Shown here: positions 9,549 through 19,399 of the stretch, piece after piece | Position numbering within the stretch: the first letter of the stretch is position 1 | How the letters are laid out: each line of letters begins with the position of its first letter | IMG/VR virus record: IMGVR_UViG_3300020045_016362 | Span: 1 to 35,234 of that record | From: a virus | Taxonomy: Duplodnaviria > Caudoviricetes | Direction: 5' to 3' (one strand) | Length of the DNA: 35,234 nt | Notes under the pieces: generated by a model | What the model saw: the letters and a program-made list of their open reading frames with translations, nothing else | What the model was told of the DNA's origin: nothing | Databases searched by the model: none | Made by a program: the position numbers and the translations under genes

Positions 9549-9875
9549 TTAGCTCCTTTTTTCAAGTGTTTTTTTCCATTGTCTAATAGTCGGTAATATA
9601 CCTTCTGGTAGCTGTGCGCTACCTTCTGGTTTTCCATTTTCTGTACGTCTTCCCAGGATTAAAACAGAATAGGCATATTGAGTATTATTAGATATTTTAA
9701 AACGATTATTATTATTAGAAACAGGATTAAAAGCTGACCTTAAAAAACCTGTGTCAACAGGAGTCATCTCAATTATTTTTTCATTAAGAGAAACAACTTC
9801 TTGTTCTAATTGTTTATTTAATTTATTAAAAATACTTTTTAATTCATTATCTATATTCTGTCGTGTTAGTTTCAT
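9549..9875 (-). CDS. HK97 gp10-like neck/tail completion protein
   Basis: TPVDTGFLR and NNTQYA...GSAQLPEG motifs. Confidence 0.85.
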   Translation of the reverse strand: MKLTRQNIDNELKSIFNKLNKQLEQEVVSLNEKIIEMTPVDTGFLRSAFNPVSNNNNRFKISNNTQYAYSVLILGRRTENGKPEGSAQLPEGILPTIRQWKKTLEKRS

Positions 9876-10240
9876 TTTTTCTCTCTGATAATCATTTTAT
9901 AAATAATATTATCTAATCCCAATTTTATTTCTTGCATATTTTTAATAACATATGATATAGAATCTATTATAATTATATTATCTATTGATATTAATGTATT
10001 CTCTGCTGTACAAAGAATCTTTTTATCTCCTGATTGTACAGTATATGTACTCTCTAAAAATTCTCCTGATTGAAAAGATAAAAATATAGCTTTTTCATTA
10101 AATGATATATATGTTTTATCTTTTTGTCCAGTTTCTAAATTAAACTCTTCATATAGAAAAGAATTAATTGTTATAGAAAATCCGAATTCTGATAACATAT
10201 CTAAAGCTATTTTTTTAAAATCTTTTGTTAATTGTAGCAT
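9872..10240 (-). CDS. Putative head-closure (stopper) protein
   Basis: Synteny; FG...VQSGDKKIL motif. Confidence 0.65.
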   Translation of the reverse strand: MLQLTKDFKKIALDMLSEFGFSITINSFLYEEFNLETGQKDKTYISFNEKAIFLSFQSGEFLESTYTVQSGDKKILCTAENTLISIDNIIIIDSISYVIKNMQEIKLGLDNIIYKMIIREKK

Positions 10241-10244
10241 TCTG

Positions 10245-10736
10245 TTATCCTCTGGCTAATTCTATAATTTTTGATGATTGTAAATATTTTTCTAATAATT
10301 TTGATGTAAATAAATTAATTTTATTTTTAAATTTATTTATATTTTTATTTTCAAAAAATTCTTGCTCTAGAACATCTAATTTATTTCTTTTTATTTGAGC
10401 TGATTCTTGTGTTTGAAAAATACTATCATCTGTAATTAATTGATATACGAAATGAGCTGTAGCTGTTTTAATATTATCATTAATAAAATTTGGATCTTCA
10501 AAATTTCTTGGAAATTCTAATTTTTGATTAACGTCATATTTATAACTAACATAATTAAAGAAATTATCTATTATTAGTGTACTATTGATTAAGAATTTTT
10601 CCAATTCTTCGTCTGTTTTTGCATTAATAACAGCTGAATCAATAAAAAAATCTGCATCTGATATTGATTTTAATTCTGCAACTGATATATAAGAATTAGC
10701 TGTTAATCTATTTTCATATGAATATGATAAAAACAT
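10245..10736 (-). CDS. Head-tail adaptor (DnaT-like family)
   Basis: ANSYISVAE and QKLEFPR motifs. Confidence 0.8.
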   Translation of the reverse strand: MFLSYSYENRLTANSYISVAELKSISDADFFIDSAVINAKTDEELEKFLINSTLIIDNFFNYVSYKYDVNQKLEFPRNFEDPNFINDNIKTATAHFVYQLITDDSIFQTQESAQIKRNKLDVLEQEFFENKNINKFKNKINLFTSKLLEKYLQSSKIIELARG

Positions 10737-11140
10737 TAAAACGCTCCTTCTTTAATTTTAATTGCATTATAAATAGCTGCATCTACTGCCTGCTCGAATC
10801 TTTTACCGTCTTTTGTTTCATAAGAACCGTTTTTTAAATAAATTCCTGAAAAAACAGGTGTTATATTTTCAATATCTATAATATTGTCTTCTTGAAAATT
10901 TTCATCTAAAATAGAATTAATAATAACTGTGTTTAAAGTTTCTGTTTTATTTTCTGATTGAATAACTGTATCTGTTTTAATCTCTGTATTGATAGTAGTT
11001 TCTTCTTCTGATGTTTCTGTATAACCTGTGATATCAATTTTGTTTTTTTCAATTAATAGCTCTAAGTCTGCTTTTTTCATATTCTCAGAAAAACCTATTT
11101 TATTATCTGTTAGAATTTGAATTAATCCTTGTTTTGTCAT
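10736..11140 (-). CDS. Hypothetical protein with N-terminal HeH/LEM-like motif
   Basis: TKQGLIQILTDNKIGFSENMKKADLELLI followed by an acidic T/E-rich linker; lies after the capsid gene. Confidence 0.5.
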   Translation of the reverse strand: MTKQGLIQILTDNKIGFSENMKKADLELLIEKNKIDITGYTETSEEETTINTEIKTDTVIQSENKTETLNTVIINSILDENFQEDNIIDIENITPVFSGIYLKNGSYETKDGKRFEQAVDAAIYNAIKIKEGAF

Positions 11141-11247
11141 TGTGTCATCTCCATTTTTTAATTTATAAATTATAACTAAAAAATAAGATTTTTAAAAATT
11201 TTGTATTTGTTTGTGATTGATAGTTTTAAAAGAAGTAAATATAAATA

Positions 11248-11268
11248 TATGGGGGAAAGACCCCCATA
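11248..11268 (-). terminator. Probable terminator after major capsid gene
   Basis: TATGGGGG/CCCCCATA stem followed by a T-rich tract on the minus strand. Confidence 0.7.
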
Positions 11269-11281
11269 ATTGTTTGCGTGA

Positions 11282-12256
11282 TTACGCTTTTGCTTTGATA
11301 GCAACGAATGGTGTTAACTCTGCGTCAACTAATCTTTCCCAGTTTGCTGCGTCTTGTAATTCTGCAAGAGTTGGAATTCCTGCGTCGTTAGCAACGTTTG
11401 CTCCAATGAAAGAGTATCCGTTTAAGTGAAGTAAATAAGCCATTCTATTTAATAGAGTTTCTTCACCTGCTCCATTTCCTGATAATGGATTTCTGAAAGT
11501 TTCTACAGGGTATTCTACTCCTGCTGGTGCGAATGTAAATGCGCCTGCTCTTAGTAAATACGCTGTATATACATCTGCTGCAAAAGGAACTTTATTAGAA
11601 ACAAAAACTCTTAAGTCATTGTAATATTCTAATTGAAGACCTGCTTCAGATGGAACTACTGAAAAAGAAGCTGCGTCTGCTTTTTTTAGAGCAGCTTTAT
11701 GTTTAGGGTGCATAACAACAGCAACGAAGGCGTCCATATTTTCACCTGCTAACGCTACTGCGTCAACAAAATCACCATATTTAATAGTAGCTGCTGATAC
11801 GATTACTGAGTCAGAAGCTTCGTCTGCGATATTAGCTGCTAAAGCGCCGTTTAATTGAGCAATTGCTCTATTAAAAATGTCTTTATTCCAGAATCTACCT
11901 ACAAGCGCTTGAGCTGCTGCTAATGGATCTGTTCCAGAGCCTAGTTCTTTAACAATTGATTTTTCAGCATAAGCGTCTGTATAAAAACCTACAATTGCTT
12001 GTGCCTGTACTTTTGAAATCGTTTTTGGAACAATTGCGTTATCGCTATCGTCCATAATTGACGGCTCAGAATAAGAATTCTCGATTATAACCGGGATTTG
12101 GATCTTAGTAGCTGCGTCTTCTGATAAAACTTTTGCTGAAACTTTTGGATCTTGTGTGAAAACACCAGAATTAATCAATTCGATATTTTCTGCTGTGTTA
12201 AGTATATCTTCGCTAGTCCACAATTCTCTAACGAAAACGTCTGATAATTTAATCAT
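11282..12256 (-). CDS. Major capsid protein
   Basis: 324 aa, Ala-rich, higher GC; LSDVFV, LINSGV, VETFRNPLSGNGAGEETL, PTLAELQDAANWERL motifs of siphovirus coat proteins. Confidence 0.9.
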   Translation of the reverse strand: MIKLSDVFVRELWTSEDILNTAENIELINSGVFTQDPKVSAKVLSEDAATKIQIPVIIENSYSEPSIMDDSDNAIVPKTISKVQAQAIVGFYTDAYAEKSIVKELGSGTDPLAAAQALVGRFWNKDIFNRAIAQLNGALAANIADEASDSVIVSAATIKYGDFVDAVALAGENMDAFVAVVMHPKHKAALKKADAASFSVVPSEAGLQLEYYNDLRVFVSNKVPFAADVYTAYLLRAGAFTFAPAGVEYPVETFRNPLSGNGAGEETLLNRMAYLLHLNGYSFIGANVANDAGIPTLAELQDAANWERLVDAELTPFVAIKAKA

Positions 12257-12521
12257 TGTAAATCTCCATTTTTTATTTTTTTATTTTTATTCTTTTTAAT
12301 TTAATTAATTTAATTTTATTAATCCAAATAAAATTTTCTTTAAATCCATAAAGAAAAACTTTAATTAAAATAAATTATGAAAAAATTATATCATAAAAAA
12401 ATATTTAATAAAAATTTTGTTTTTGTGTGAAATATTGCTGATTATTTTTTATGTTATAAATACTATAGAATAGATATTATCTATGAAATATATTTTATTG
12501 ATTGCGTATATGATTGCGGAT

Positions 12522-12636
12522 GTAAAAGAAAAATGAGATATCACTAATAGCTAAGAAAATGAAGGAAGGATTTTTTTGTGCTATGTTTTGTAGTGATATC
12601 TCAAAGAAAGAAAAGAAGTAATTCTTTTGAATTACT
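12522..12636 (-). ncRNA. Candidate sRNA (~115 nt) with two hairpins and C/U-rich single-stranded regions
   Basis: Starts behind a perfect promoter; AGTAATTC-AAAA-GAATTACT hairpin; 13-bp TGAGATATCACTA/TAGTGATATCTCA stem with loop TCCTTCCTTCATTTTCTT; U-rich tail; no evident ORF. Confidence 0.7.
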
Positions 12637-12641
12637 CCATA

Positions 12642-12670
12642 ATTATAGCTTTTTTAATTTTGTATGTCAA
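12642..12670 (-). promoter_or_regulatory. Consensus sigma70 promoter
   Basis: TTGACA-N17-TATAAT on the minus strand. Confidence 0.85.
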
Positions 12671-12673
12671 ATT

Positions 12674-13420
12674 TTAGAAATCGAATTTAATTCCTTTTTC
12701 TAACGCTCTCTGTTTTAATGTATTAGAAATAGTAGAAGTAGCTCCACCACTAATTTTATTTTTTGTATTAGTAAAACCTGATCCGCTTTTAACATCTTTA
12801 GAAAATAAGAATGAAAAGTCTTCTGAAGATTGAATTTCATCTAATTTATCTTTAACAGTTTTAGCAACTCCATTTTTTCTATCAATAGAGCCATCCTGAT
12901 TTTTATAAATTAGCATTCCGTTTTCATCGAATGTTAAAGATTGTTTTAATTCTTGCATAATCAAAGAGTGCGCTTTAGCATTAACTGATTTAACACCTGA
13001 AGTATTTTTAAACAACTCTAATTCTAGTTTTTTCTCTAGAGCGTCTTTTTGTGCTGTTGTTAATTTTGTTTCATATTCTGTTTTAACGATAGAGAATTGA
13101 TTCTCTAAATTAGATATTTCTGTTTTTAATTGTTTTTCAATCTCTGATTGTTCTGTTTTAACTGAAGATTTAATACTAGATATTTTAGTGTTAATATTTT
13201 CTTCTGATAATTCTTCTGTATCATCGAATCCTAGTTTTTGTTTAAATGTTTTTGATACATTTTTATATTTTTCTCTCGATTGTGTAATATCCAAAACTTT
13301 TGTCTCTAAATTTTTTACTTCTAGTGATAGAGTATTATAATTAGATTCTAAATTTGCAACTACTGATAGAGCTCCAGCTGTATCGCCAGCTTGTAATAAC
13401 GCTTTTAATTGTGAAAACAT
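12674..13420 (-). CDS. Capsid scaffolding protein
   Basis: Coiled-coil body, C-terminal FLF...SGSG motif, upstream of capsid gene. Confidence 0.8.
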   Translation of the reverse strand: MFSQLKALLQAGDTAGALSVVANLESNYNTLSLEVKNLETKVLDITQSREKYKNVSKTFKQKLGFDDTEELSEENINTKISSIKSSVKTEQSEIEKQLKTEISNLENQFSIVKTEYETKLTTAQKDALEKKLELELFKNTSGVKSVNAKAHSLIMQELKQSLTFDENGMLIYKNQDGSIDRKNGVAKTVKDKLDEIQSSEDFSFLFSKDVKSGSGFTNTKNKISGGATSTISNTLKQRALEKGIKFDF

Positions 13421-13483
13421 TTCTTTCTCCTGTGTTTTTTTATTATTGTTTATTATAACTATTTATAAATAAAAAAACAAATT

Positions 13484-13996
13484 TTATATAATTTTATCTA
13501 TTAAATTATATTCTAAAGATTGTTCTGCTGTTAAATATGTTTCTTTTTTAATTAATTTTCTTAATGTTTTGTCATCTATGTTAGATTTATTTTTAATACA
13601 TCTAAAGAGTTTATTCTCTCTCTCTGATATATCTGTTTTCAAAGAATCCTTAATAATCTGTCCGTTTCCTTCTATTGAAAATGTGGCTGGATGTATTAAT
13701 ACACGAGCATTATTAAACATATATCTCTCAAAACCAGCTTGTAAAATCATACCGCCCATCGAAAAAGCCATACCTGTATTAATAGTATAAATTTTATTTT
13801 CTTTTGTTTCATTGAAAAATTTAATAAAATCATATATAGCAAATCCAGAATCTATCTCTCCACCTACGCTATTAATAAATAAGTTTATGTCTTCTTCTGA
13901 CTCTTGATTAGCTTCTATAATTTCGCTTAGAATTCTTTCTGCAACGGCAACGTTTATTTCTTCAAATAGATATATTGATTTATTTTTAATATTCAT
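13484..13996 (-). CDS. clpP: ClpP-family serine protease
   Basis: INSVGG, GFAIYD, GMAFSMG (catalytic Ser), LIHP (His), ETYLTAEQSLEYNLID. Confidence 0.9.
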   Translation of the reverse strand: MNIKNKSIYLFEEINVAVAERILSEIIEANQESEEDINLFINSVGGEIDSGFAIYDFIKFFNETKENKIYTINTGMAFSMGGMILQAGFERYMFNNARVLIHPATFSIEGNGQIIKDSLKTDISERENKLFRCIKNKSNIDDKTLRKLIKKETYLTAEQSLEYNLIDKII

Positions 13997-14042
13997 TATT
14001 AAGTCCTTTTCTTTCTTTTTCTTTATTATATAAAAAAACAGT

Positions 14043-15014
14043 TTAAATTAAAAATTCTAACTCATCAATAGTAAAGAATTTACCTGTGTTTTCATTTATA
14101 AAATCTTTTATATCTAATTTATTATTTAAAAATAATTTAGCTCGTGTCTCACCCATTAATTTTATAGCTGTATTAGGATTTCTTCTCAAGAAACTATCAA
14201 AAGAAGTTTTACTATTCACCTGTTTCCCGCCTTCATCGCCTTTTGACGCTCTTGTATATGATAATTCGCTTGTTTCATCATATCTAACAATGATAGATCT
14301 ACAGTTAAAATGACGTGGTGGCCTGTCTTCTATTGAATCTCTAGTGTTATAACCGTCTTTTTTTAAATATATTTTTTTATCAAATAAAATACATTTAGAA
14401 GAAGTCCGACTATCTAACGTTGATAAAGATATAAAACCTTCAAAATTGCCAACTTCATTATCAATCTTCTCTCTCACGTCTTCTCTTAATTGTTTTGTTA
14501 TAGTTCGTGTGATAGTCTTTAATTTAGCATTAGAGCCTACTGATATAATATTATTTAATTCATTGATATAATTTTCTGGATTCTCTCCTGCTAATAAGTT
14601 CTGTGTTAAGAATGAATTTAATTGTCTAACTTGATTATTGTTTCTTATCTCTATCATATCTAATAATGTATATCCTAAAACCTGTTTTTCTGTGTTATAA
14701 ATTTCATCAAGGATATTTTTATCTAATTTAATATCTAAAAATGAAGATTCTTTTTTATAGAAAAAATTAATATGATTAACTATATCTTGATTAGCATTAA
14801 TATTAAACTCTGAATATATAACAGTTAATTCTTTTTTAATGTCTGTTAATAAAGCGTTAATTTGTCTTTTATTATAAGATTTAGTTTCATTAGATAATTT
14901 AGTTTTTAAATTATTAAATAATAATTCTAATTGTTCTACTGCTGTATTAACAGATACATATTTATATCGCTCAAAAAATAACTCTTGAGCTATAACTCTA
15001 TCAATTTCTTTCAT
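14043..15014 (-). CDS. Minor head protein (Mu gpF/SPP1 gp7-like)
   Basis: STLDSRTSSKC...D and PPRHFNCRS motifs. Confidence 0.88.
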   Translation of the reverse strand: MKEIDRVIAQELFFERYKYVSVNTAVEQLELLFNNLKTKLSNETKSYNKRQINALLTDIKKELTVIYSEFNINANQDIVNHINFFYKKESSFLDIKLDKNILDEIYNTEKQVLGYTLLDMIEIRNNNQVRQLNSFLTQNLLAGENPENYINELNNIISVGSNAKLKTITRTITKQLREDVREKIDNEVGNFEGFISLSTLDSRTSSKCILFDKKIYLKKDGYNTRDSIEDRPPRHFNCRSIIVRYDETSELSYTRASKGDEGGKQVNSKTSFDSFLRRNPNTAIKLMGETRAKLFLNNKLDIKDFINENTGKFFTIDELEFLI

Positions 15015-15035
15015 TTTATAGCTCCTAAGTTTTTT

Positions 15036-16379
15036 TTATAATTGATTTAATTCATCTTGTATTTTTTGTTTTTCTAAAGCAAAATCAAAATCTTCAAGAA
15101 TTTCACCTTTAATTAAAGAATTCCATAATGTCTCTATTGATATTAAATTTTCTCTTTTTAATGATATTAATTTATCTATTGTATTGCTATCAATTGCTAT
15201 ATCTGAGAAATCTTTAAATAATTCTAAATTAAAATTATAGTTGTCTCCTGCGAATTCTTCGCATATCAAAAGAATTTTGTTAAAAACTTCTTCTAAAGAT
15301 TTACTAATTTCAACTAAAAATAGACCTGAATTTTTGTCTGATATTTTCGCTTCTGTAGCTGTTCCAAAAGACTTTTGATTAAGAATATTTAAACTCATTT
15401 TATCCATAAAATCTTCTGTATTATGTATATAATTCTGCAATTTGTCAATAGAAGTACCTTGAATTTCTGATATCTCTACTCCGCCAGTTTGTTTATCATC
15501 AAATAAAAGGGCTGAGTTAGGTCCTATTTTAAGTTTATCTTTTGATCCACCATCTGTATCGTAGTTAAACAAAGATATAATAGGTGTTGCTGTCATATGT
15601 AAAATATAATCTAGATCTGAATTCTTATTGTAATGATGTAAATTAACATTAGCAAGATCATAAAACGGAATATCTGCATCTAAAAATCCTTTTTTAGACG
15701 AATATACAGCAAAAATAGGAATATATCCTAAATTATTTGTCCAGGAGTCAATCATATCGTAGTTTTTAGATTTTTGAAACACTTGTCCACCATTTTCATT
15801 TAATACAAAGAATAGTAAATCCTTTTTCATAGCTATTTCGCCATCTTCTGTATCTGTTTCTTGCACTATAACTATTTGAGATAGTTTTTTAATTCCATTT
15901 TCTATTTTAATTTTTTTTGAAAATACATTACCCCTATCAATTTGTTTAAGAATCGGATATACAGTATCATTTTTAGAGATAATGTTATTATCTGTTTTTA
16001 AAGAATCAACCCAGATATAAGTAAGCCCATCTTTTATCGCTTGTTTTGACGTCTTTTGCATAAAAATTTCTAAAGAAGAACCTTCACCATCAACGTTTTT
16101 AAAGAAGTTTTCATATTTTTCATCATAAGATAATTTTATACCTTTTCTAAATATAAGAGAGTTTAAATTGTTAATAGCTGGAGTTAAATAATTTTTAAAA
16201 ATACTATTCTTAAGTCTTTCTTTATATTTTTCTTCTGTTTCTAACGTGAATTTATATAAATATTTGCTGCCATTATTTTTAACTGATTTAGTTCCATCAT
16301 AAACATCTGAAATTGTCTGTAAATAGCTGATATTTTCTAAAAAATCATTATCTTTAAATTCTAGATTTTTCTTATTCAT
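15036..16379 (-). CDS. Portal protein (DUF4055-like)
   Basis: Follows TerL; YKERL...FKNY, NVDGEG, LGYIP, PFYDLANVNLHHY, TATEA motifs. Confidence 0.88.
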   Translation of the reverse strand: MNKKNLEFKDNDFLENISYLQTISDVYDGTKSVKNNGSKYLYKFTLETEEKYKERLKNSIFKNYLTPAINNLNSLIFRKGIKLSYDEKYENFFKNVDGEGSSLEIFMQKTSKQAIKDGLTYIWVDSLKTDNNIISKNDTVYPILKQIDRGNVFSKKIKIENGIKKLSQIVIVQETDTEDGEIAMKKDLLFFVLNENGGQVFQKSKNYDMIDSWTNNLGYIPIFAVYSSKKGFLDADIPFYDLANVNLHHYNKNSDLDYILHMTATPIISLFNYDTDGGSKDKLKIGPNSALLFDDKQTGGVEISEIQGTSIDKLQNYIHNTEDFMDKMSLNILNQKSFGTATEAKISDKNSGLFLVEISKSLEEVFNKILLICEEFAGDNYNFNLELFKDFSDIAIDSNTIDKLISLKRENLISIETLWNSLIKGEILEDFDFALEKQKIQDELNQL

Positions 16380-16451
16380 TTTTTTATCTCCATTTTTTAT
16401 ATTATTTGTTATTATATCAATTTTTATTATTTTTTTAAAATTCCATTTTGA

Positions 16452-17750
16452 TTACATAGGAGAATCTATTTTATTTTTAAAATTCTCTCGTCTAATAGGA
16501 AATCTAAAAAATACTAAATAACCTAATGCATCTAACATATGATCATTATTATGTTTTTTGTCCGGTTCTCCAGCATCGTTATATATCTGTTGCTCTAGAT
16601 TCTCTGTTAATGTTTTGCATATATCGCAATTAATAAAGAGTCTCTTTTCATTTTTCATATTTAAAAACATCGCTTGCACTGATAAAATTCTATCTTTAAC
16701 AAGTGGGTTTTTTGCTCCAACTTTTACTATAAAACCTGCATCTTTTAATAGTTTTATATCTGACGTTGACGCATTAACGCTTTTTCTAGCGTTTCCTGCC
16801 GCATCTGGATATACATAGATATTAAATCCTTCGAATCTCTTTTTTATTCGTGAGATCATATCTGGAGTGTCTTTAGCACCGAATATTTCGTCTATTACAA
16901 ATAATTTATTATTATGTATAATAGATATAACAGCACTCATTTTTCCGACGTTAAAATCCATCCCTATATGAAGATCTTTGTTGTTTTTAAATTCTTCTGA
17001 ATTAATATTTAATGATGTATCGTGTTCGTCTCTATTGAAATTTGTATAAACCTGTGAAGAATTAAGATTAACAAATTCTCCATTCAAATACGCTTCGATA
17101 AGATTTGCTGGATATTGACTCCTTAAATCATTAACATAAGAAGAAGGCAAAAATATATTATTTTCTGTTCTACCACGAATTATTTTAAATTTTTCTGAAG
17201 GCTCTTTACCCCATTTTTCATAAACAAACTTGAATCCTTCTGGTGTAGTAGTAATACTGCACGTATTAAGTTCGTCATTATCTTTCTTTAATCTGTTCCT
17301 AGCAATAATTTTTTCGAATGCTTCTTTAGCGTGATCTTTTTTTAAAGTGTCCAACTCATCTATTCCACAGTCTGCGTGCTCATAACCTATAATTTTATCT
17401 GAGTTCTCTAAAGATCTGAAAATAATCAATCCTACACCATAGATATTAAGTATTTTATCTGACTTATTCAATGAATATTTTATTTTCATTTTTGTTAATA
17501 TTTCTTCAAATCTAGGAAAAAGAATCATTTTAATTAGATCATAGGTAGGCTCATATAAACCATATATATATGTTTTTCCTTTCTTTTTAAAAGACGGTCC
17601 ATACTTATACATATAATGTAAACATCTAAATATAGCTGATTCTGTTTTACCACAACCGAAACCACCTATGAGAGCTGGGTATTGAGCATCGCAATTAACA
17701 AATTTATGTTGATGATCTAATAAATTAATTTTTATTTTAATTTTATTCAT
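16452..17750 (-). CDS. terL: Terminase large subunit
   Basis: Walker A GGFGCGKT, Walker B GIDE, TTTPEG coupling motif, nuclease GMDFN and DHMLDALGY. Confidence 0.95.
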   Translation of the reverse strand: MNKIKIKINLLDHQHKFVNCDAQYPALIGGFGCGKTESAIFRCLHYMYKYGPSFKKKGKTYIYGLYEPTYDLIKMILFPRFEEILTKMKIKYSLNKSDKILNIYGVGLIIFRSLENSDKIIGYEHADCGIDELDTLKKDHAKEAFEKIIARNRLKKDNDELNTCSITTTPEGFKFVYEKWGKEPSEKFKIIRGRTENNIFLPSSYVNDLRSQYPANLIEAYLNGEFVNLNSSQVYTNFNRDEHDTSLNINSEEFKNNKDLHIGMDFNVGKMSAVISIIHNNKLFVIDEIFGAKDTPDMISRIKKRFEGFNIYVYPDAAGNARKSVNASTSDIKLLKDAGFIVKVGAKNPLVKDRILSVQAMFLNMKNEKRLFINCDICKTLTENLEQQIYNDAGEPDKKHNNDHMLDALGYLVFFRFPIRRENFKNKIDSPM

Positions 17751-17753
17751 ATT

Positions 17754-18212
17754 TTACTCGTTTACATTAATAAATTCGAAACCTTCAATATCATAAGAAT
17801 TTTCTACCTGAATATTTTCTTGATAACCACGTTTTCTACCGATCGTTTTCAAATAAAACATTTGAGCAATAACATTTCCTTTTAATATATTATTAAATAA
17901 TTTATCTTCTACTATATCTATTTTTTCGTCCTTAATATCTTCTACTATCTGTTTGAATGTAGCGTTAGAATCAATCCAATTATAATAAGTTTGTCTATGA
18001 ATATGTACTGCTCTACAAGAAAACGCTATATTTCCGAATGATTTTTCAAAAAAATATAAAAATACAACGTGTTTAGATTCTAATAATTCATCGTCTATAT
18101 ATGATTTATAAATAGAATTAGATAATATCTCTGATCTAGTTATTTTTTTATCTTTTTCTTCATCTGTTAATTCATTTGATGTTTCGTTTGATTCTACTAA
18201 ATTATTTTTCAT
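17754..18212 (-). CDS. terS: Terminase small subunit
   Basis: HTH GNIAFSCRAVHIHRQTYYNW and FYLKTIGRKRGY; directly upstream of terL. Confidence 0.85.
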   Translation of the reverse strand: MKNNLVESNETSNELTDEEKDKKITRSEILSNSIYKSYIDDELLESKHVVFLYFFEKSFGNIAFSCRAVHIHRQTYYNWIDSNATFKQIVEDIKDEKIDIVEDKLFNNILKGNVIAQMFYLKTIGRKRGYQENIQVENSYDIEGFEFINVNE

Positions 18213-18651
18213 TATTTATCTCCAAAGCTGAAATTATTTCTTGTGAATAAAAAATTATCTCTACTAGTTCTTTTTTTAATTCTGTTTTTTTAGATTCTGA
18301 TAATTCATCTAAACATTGTTTTTCATTAACAATTAATAATATCATATGAAAAATAGAAGAGATTCCTTTTATATCTAGTTTTGATATTTTTCTGTATTTT
18401 TCTATATCTTCATTGAAAGACTCTAATATGTCATTGAAAACTAATCTATATTTCTCTAAATTTTTTTGTTCTGATAACTCATCGTTTAATTTAGATATCT
18501 GATTAAAGAGTCTTTTAAACTGAATAGAAGTTTTTTTATGTCTATCTATTAAATAACTCATATGTGTGTAAATAGCATTTAAATCAAAATCGTATATTTC
18601 TAAAATTTCTTCGTATAGTTCGTCTATTGATATTAATTCATTATTTTGCAT
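18202..18651 (-). CDS. Hypothetical helical protein (start revised to 18651)
   Basis: GGAG RBS precedes the ATG at 18651 (MQNNELIS). Confidence 0.6.
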   Translation of the reverse strand: MQNNELISIDELYEEILEIYDFDLNAIYTHMSYLIDRHKKTSIQFKRLFNQISKLNDELSEQKNLEKYRLVFNDILESFNEDIEKYRKISKLDIKGISSIFHMILLIVNEKQCLDELSESKKTELKKELVEIIFYSQEIISALEINNEK

Positions 18652-18928
18652 TTTTATTCTCCAACTTTTTTTCATTATATATTTTTTTAATTGATTCTAT
18701 TTTAAATTGATTCTCTCTATTAACAAAAAACAAGTCATTAATAAAAGTTTTTATCTGTTTTTCTTCATATGAAGAAGGAAAACTTTTTATTTCTGATTTT
18801 TCTAATAAATTATCAGGAATTTGTATATTACATATATCAATGTATTTTATCTCTGTTTTAACAATAAATTCTTTTTCAGCACAACCTGTTAATAATAACA
18901 TAATTATTAATAATAATATTTTTTTCAT
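18641..18928 (-). CDS. Outer-membrane lipoprotein, putative o-spanin
   Basis: Signal peptide with lipobox LLTGC; follows i-spanin candidate. Confidence 0.75.
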   Translation of the reverse strand: MKKILLLIIMLLLTGCAEKEFIVKTEIKYIDICNIQIPDNLLEKSEIKSFPSSYEEKQIKTFINDLFFVNRENQFKIESIKKIYNEKKLENKNAK

Positions 18929-19329
18929 TTAACTAACTCCTGATCATTTATATTTTTTAAATCATTAAATAGTTCTTTATATGAGCTATTATTATCTATG
19001 TTTTGTTTTATAACTGTTTTTTGTTCTAATGATTCTTTATCAAATATAATAATAGATTCATATGATTTTTCTAAATACATTTTTTCATTCTCATACTGAT
19101 TAATAGTAAAATTAAGATCATTTTTTAATTGAAGAATATTATCTTTATATATTGATATTGATGTTTTCATTCCTGCATTTTCATTTTTTAGTTCTTTGTT
19201 TTCATTTGAATAATTATATATTTGATATTTTAAAAATAATATATAAAGAATTATGATTATTGCTAAAAAAGAAAATAAATAATCTTTGATTGATAAACTA
19301 GATAAAAGAGCTTTTAAATATGTTAACAT
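18925..19329 (-). CDS. Putative i-spanin (start revised to 19329)
   Basis: AGGAG RBS and TATAAT upstream of MLTYLKALL; one N-terminal TM helix plus coiled coil; the ORF-track extension runs into the origin-like repeat. Confidence 0.75.
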   Translation of the reverse strand: MLTYLKALLSSLSIKDYLFSFLAIIIILYILFLKYQIYNYSNENKELKNENAGMKTSISIYKDNILQLKNDLNFTINQYENEKMYLEKSYESIIIFDKESLEQKTVIKQNIDNNSSYKELFNDLKNINDQELVK

Positions 19330-19399
19330 TAGTTTTCTCCTGTTTTTTATTTTTATTATATCTTTTTTGCTTTTTTTTAACAATTTTTGAAATATCTTA

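Noticed and set aside
12499-12518. TGATTGCG tandem repeat downstream of the sRNA
   Set aside because: Only two 8-bp copies; it could be an operator for the capsid promoter but the support is insufficient
90-16818. Plus-strand ORFs 90, 4561, 7189, 7958, 11217, 13569, 14086, 16558
   Set aside because: Antisense shadows of well-supported minus-strand genes, with no RBS
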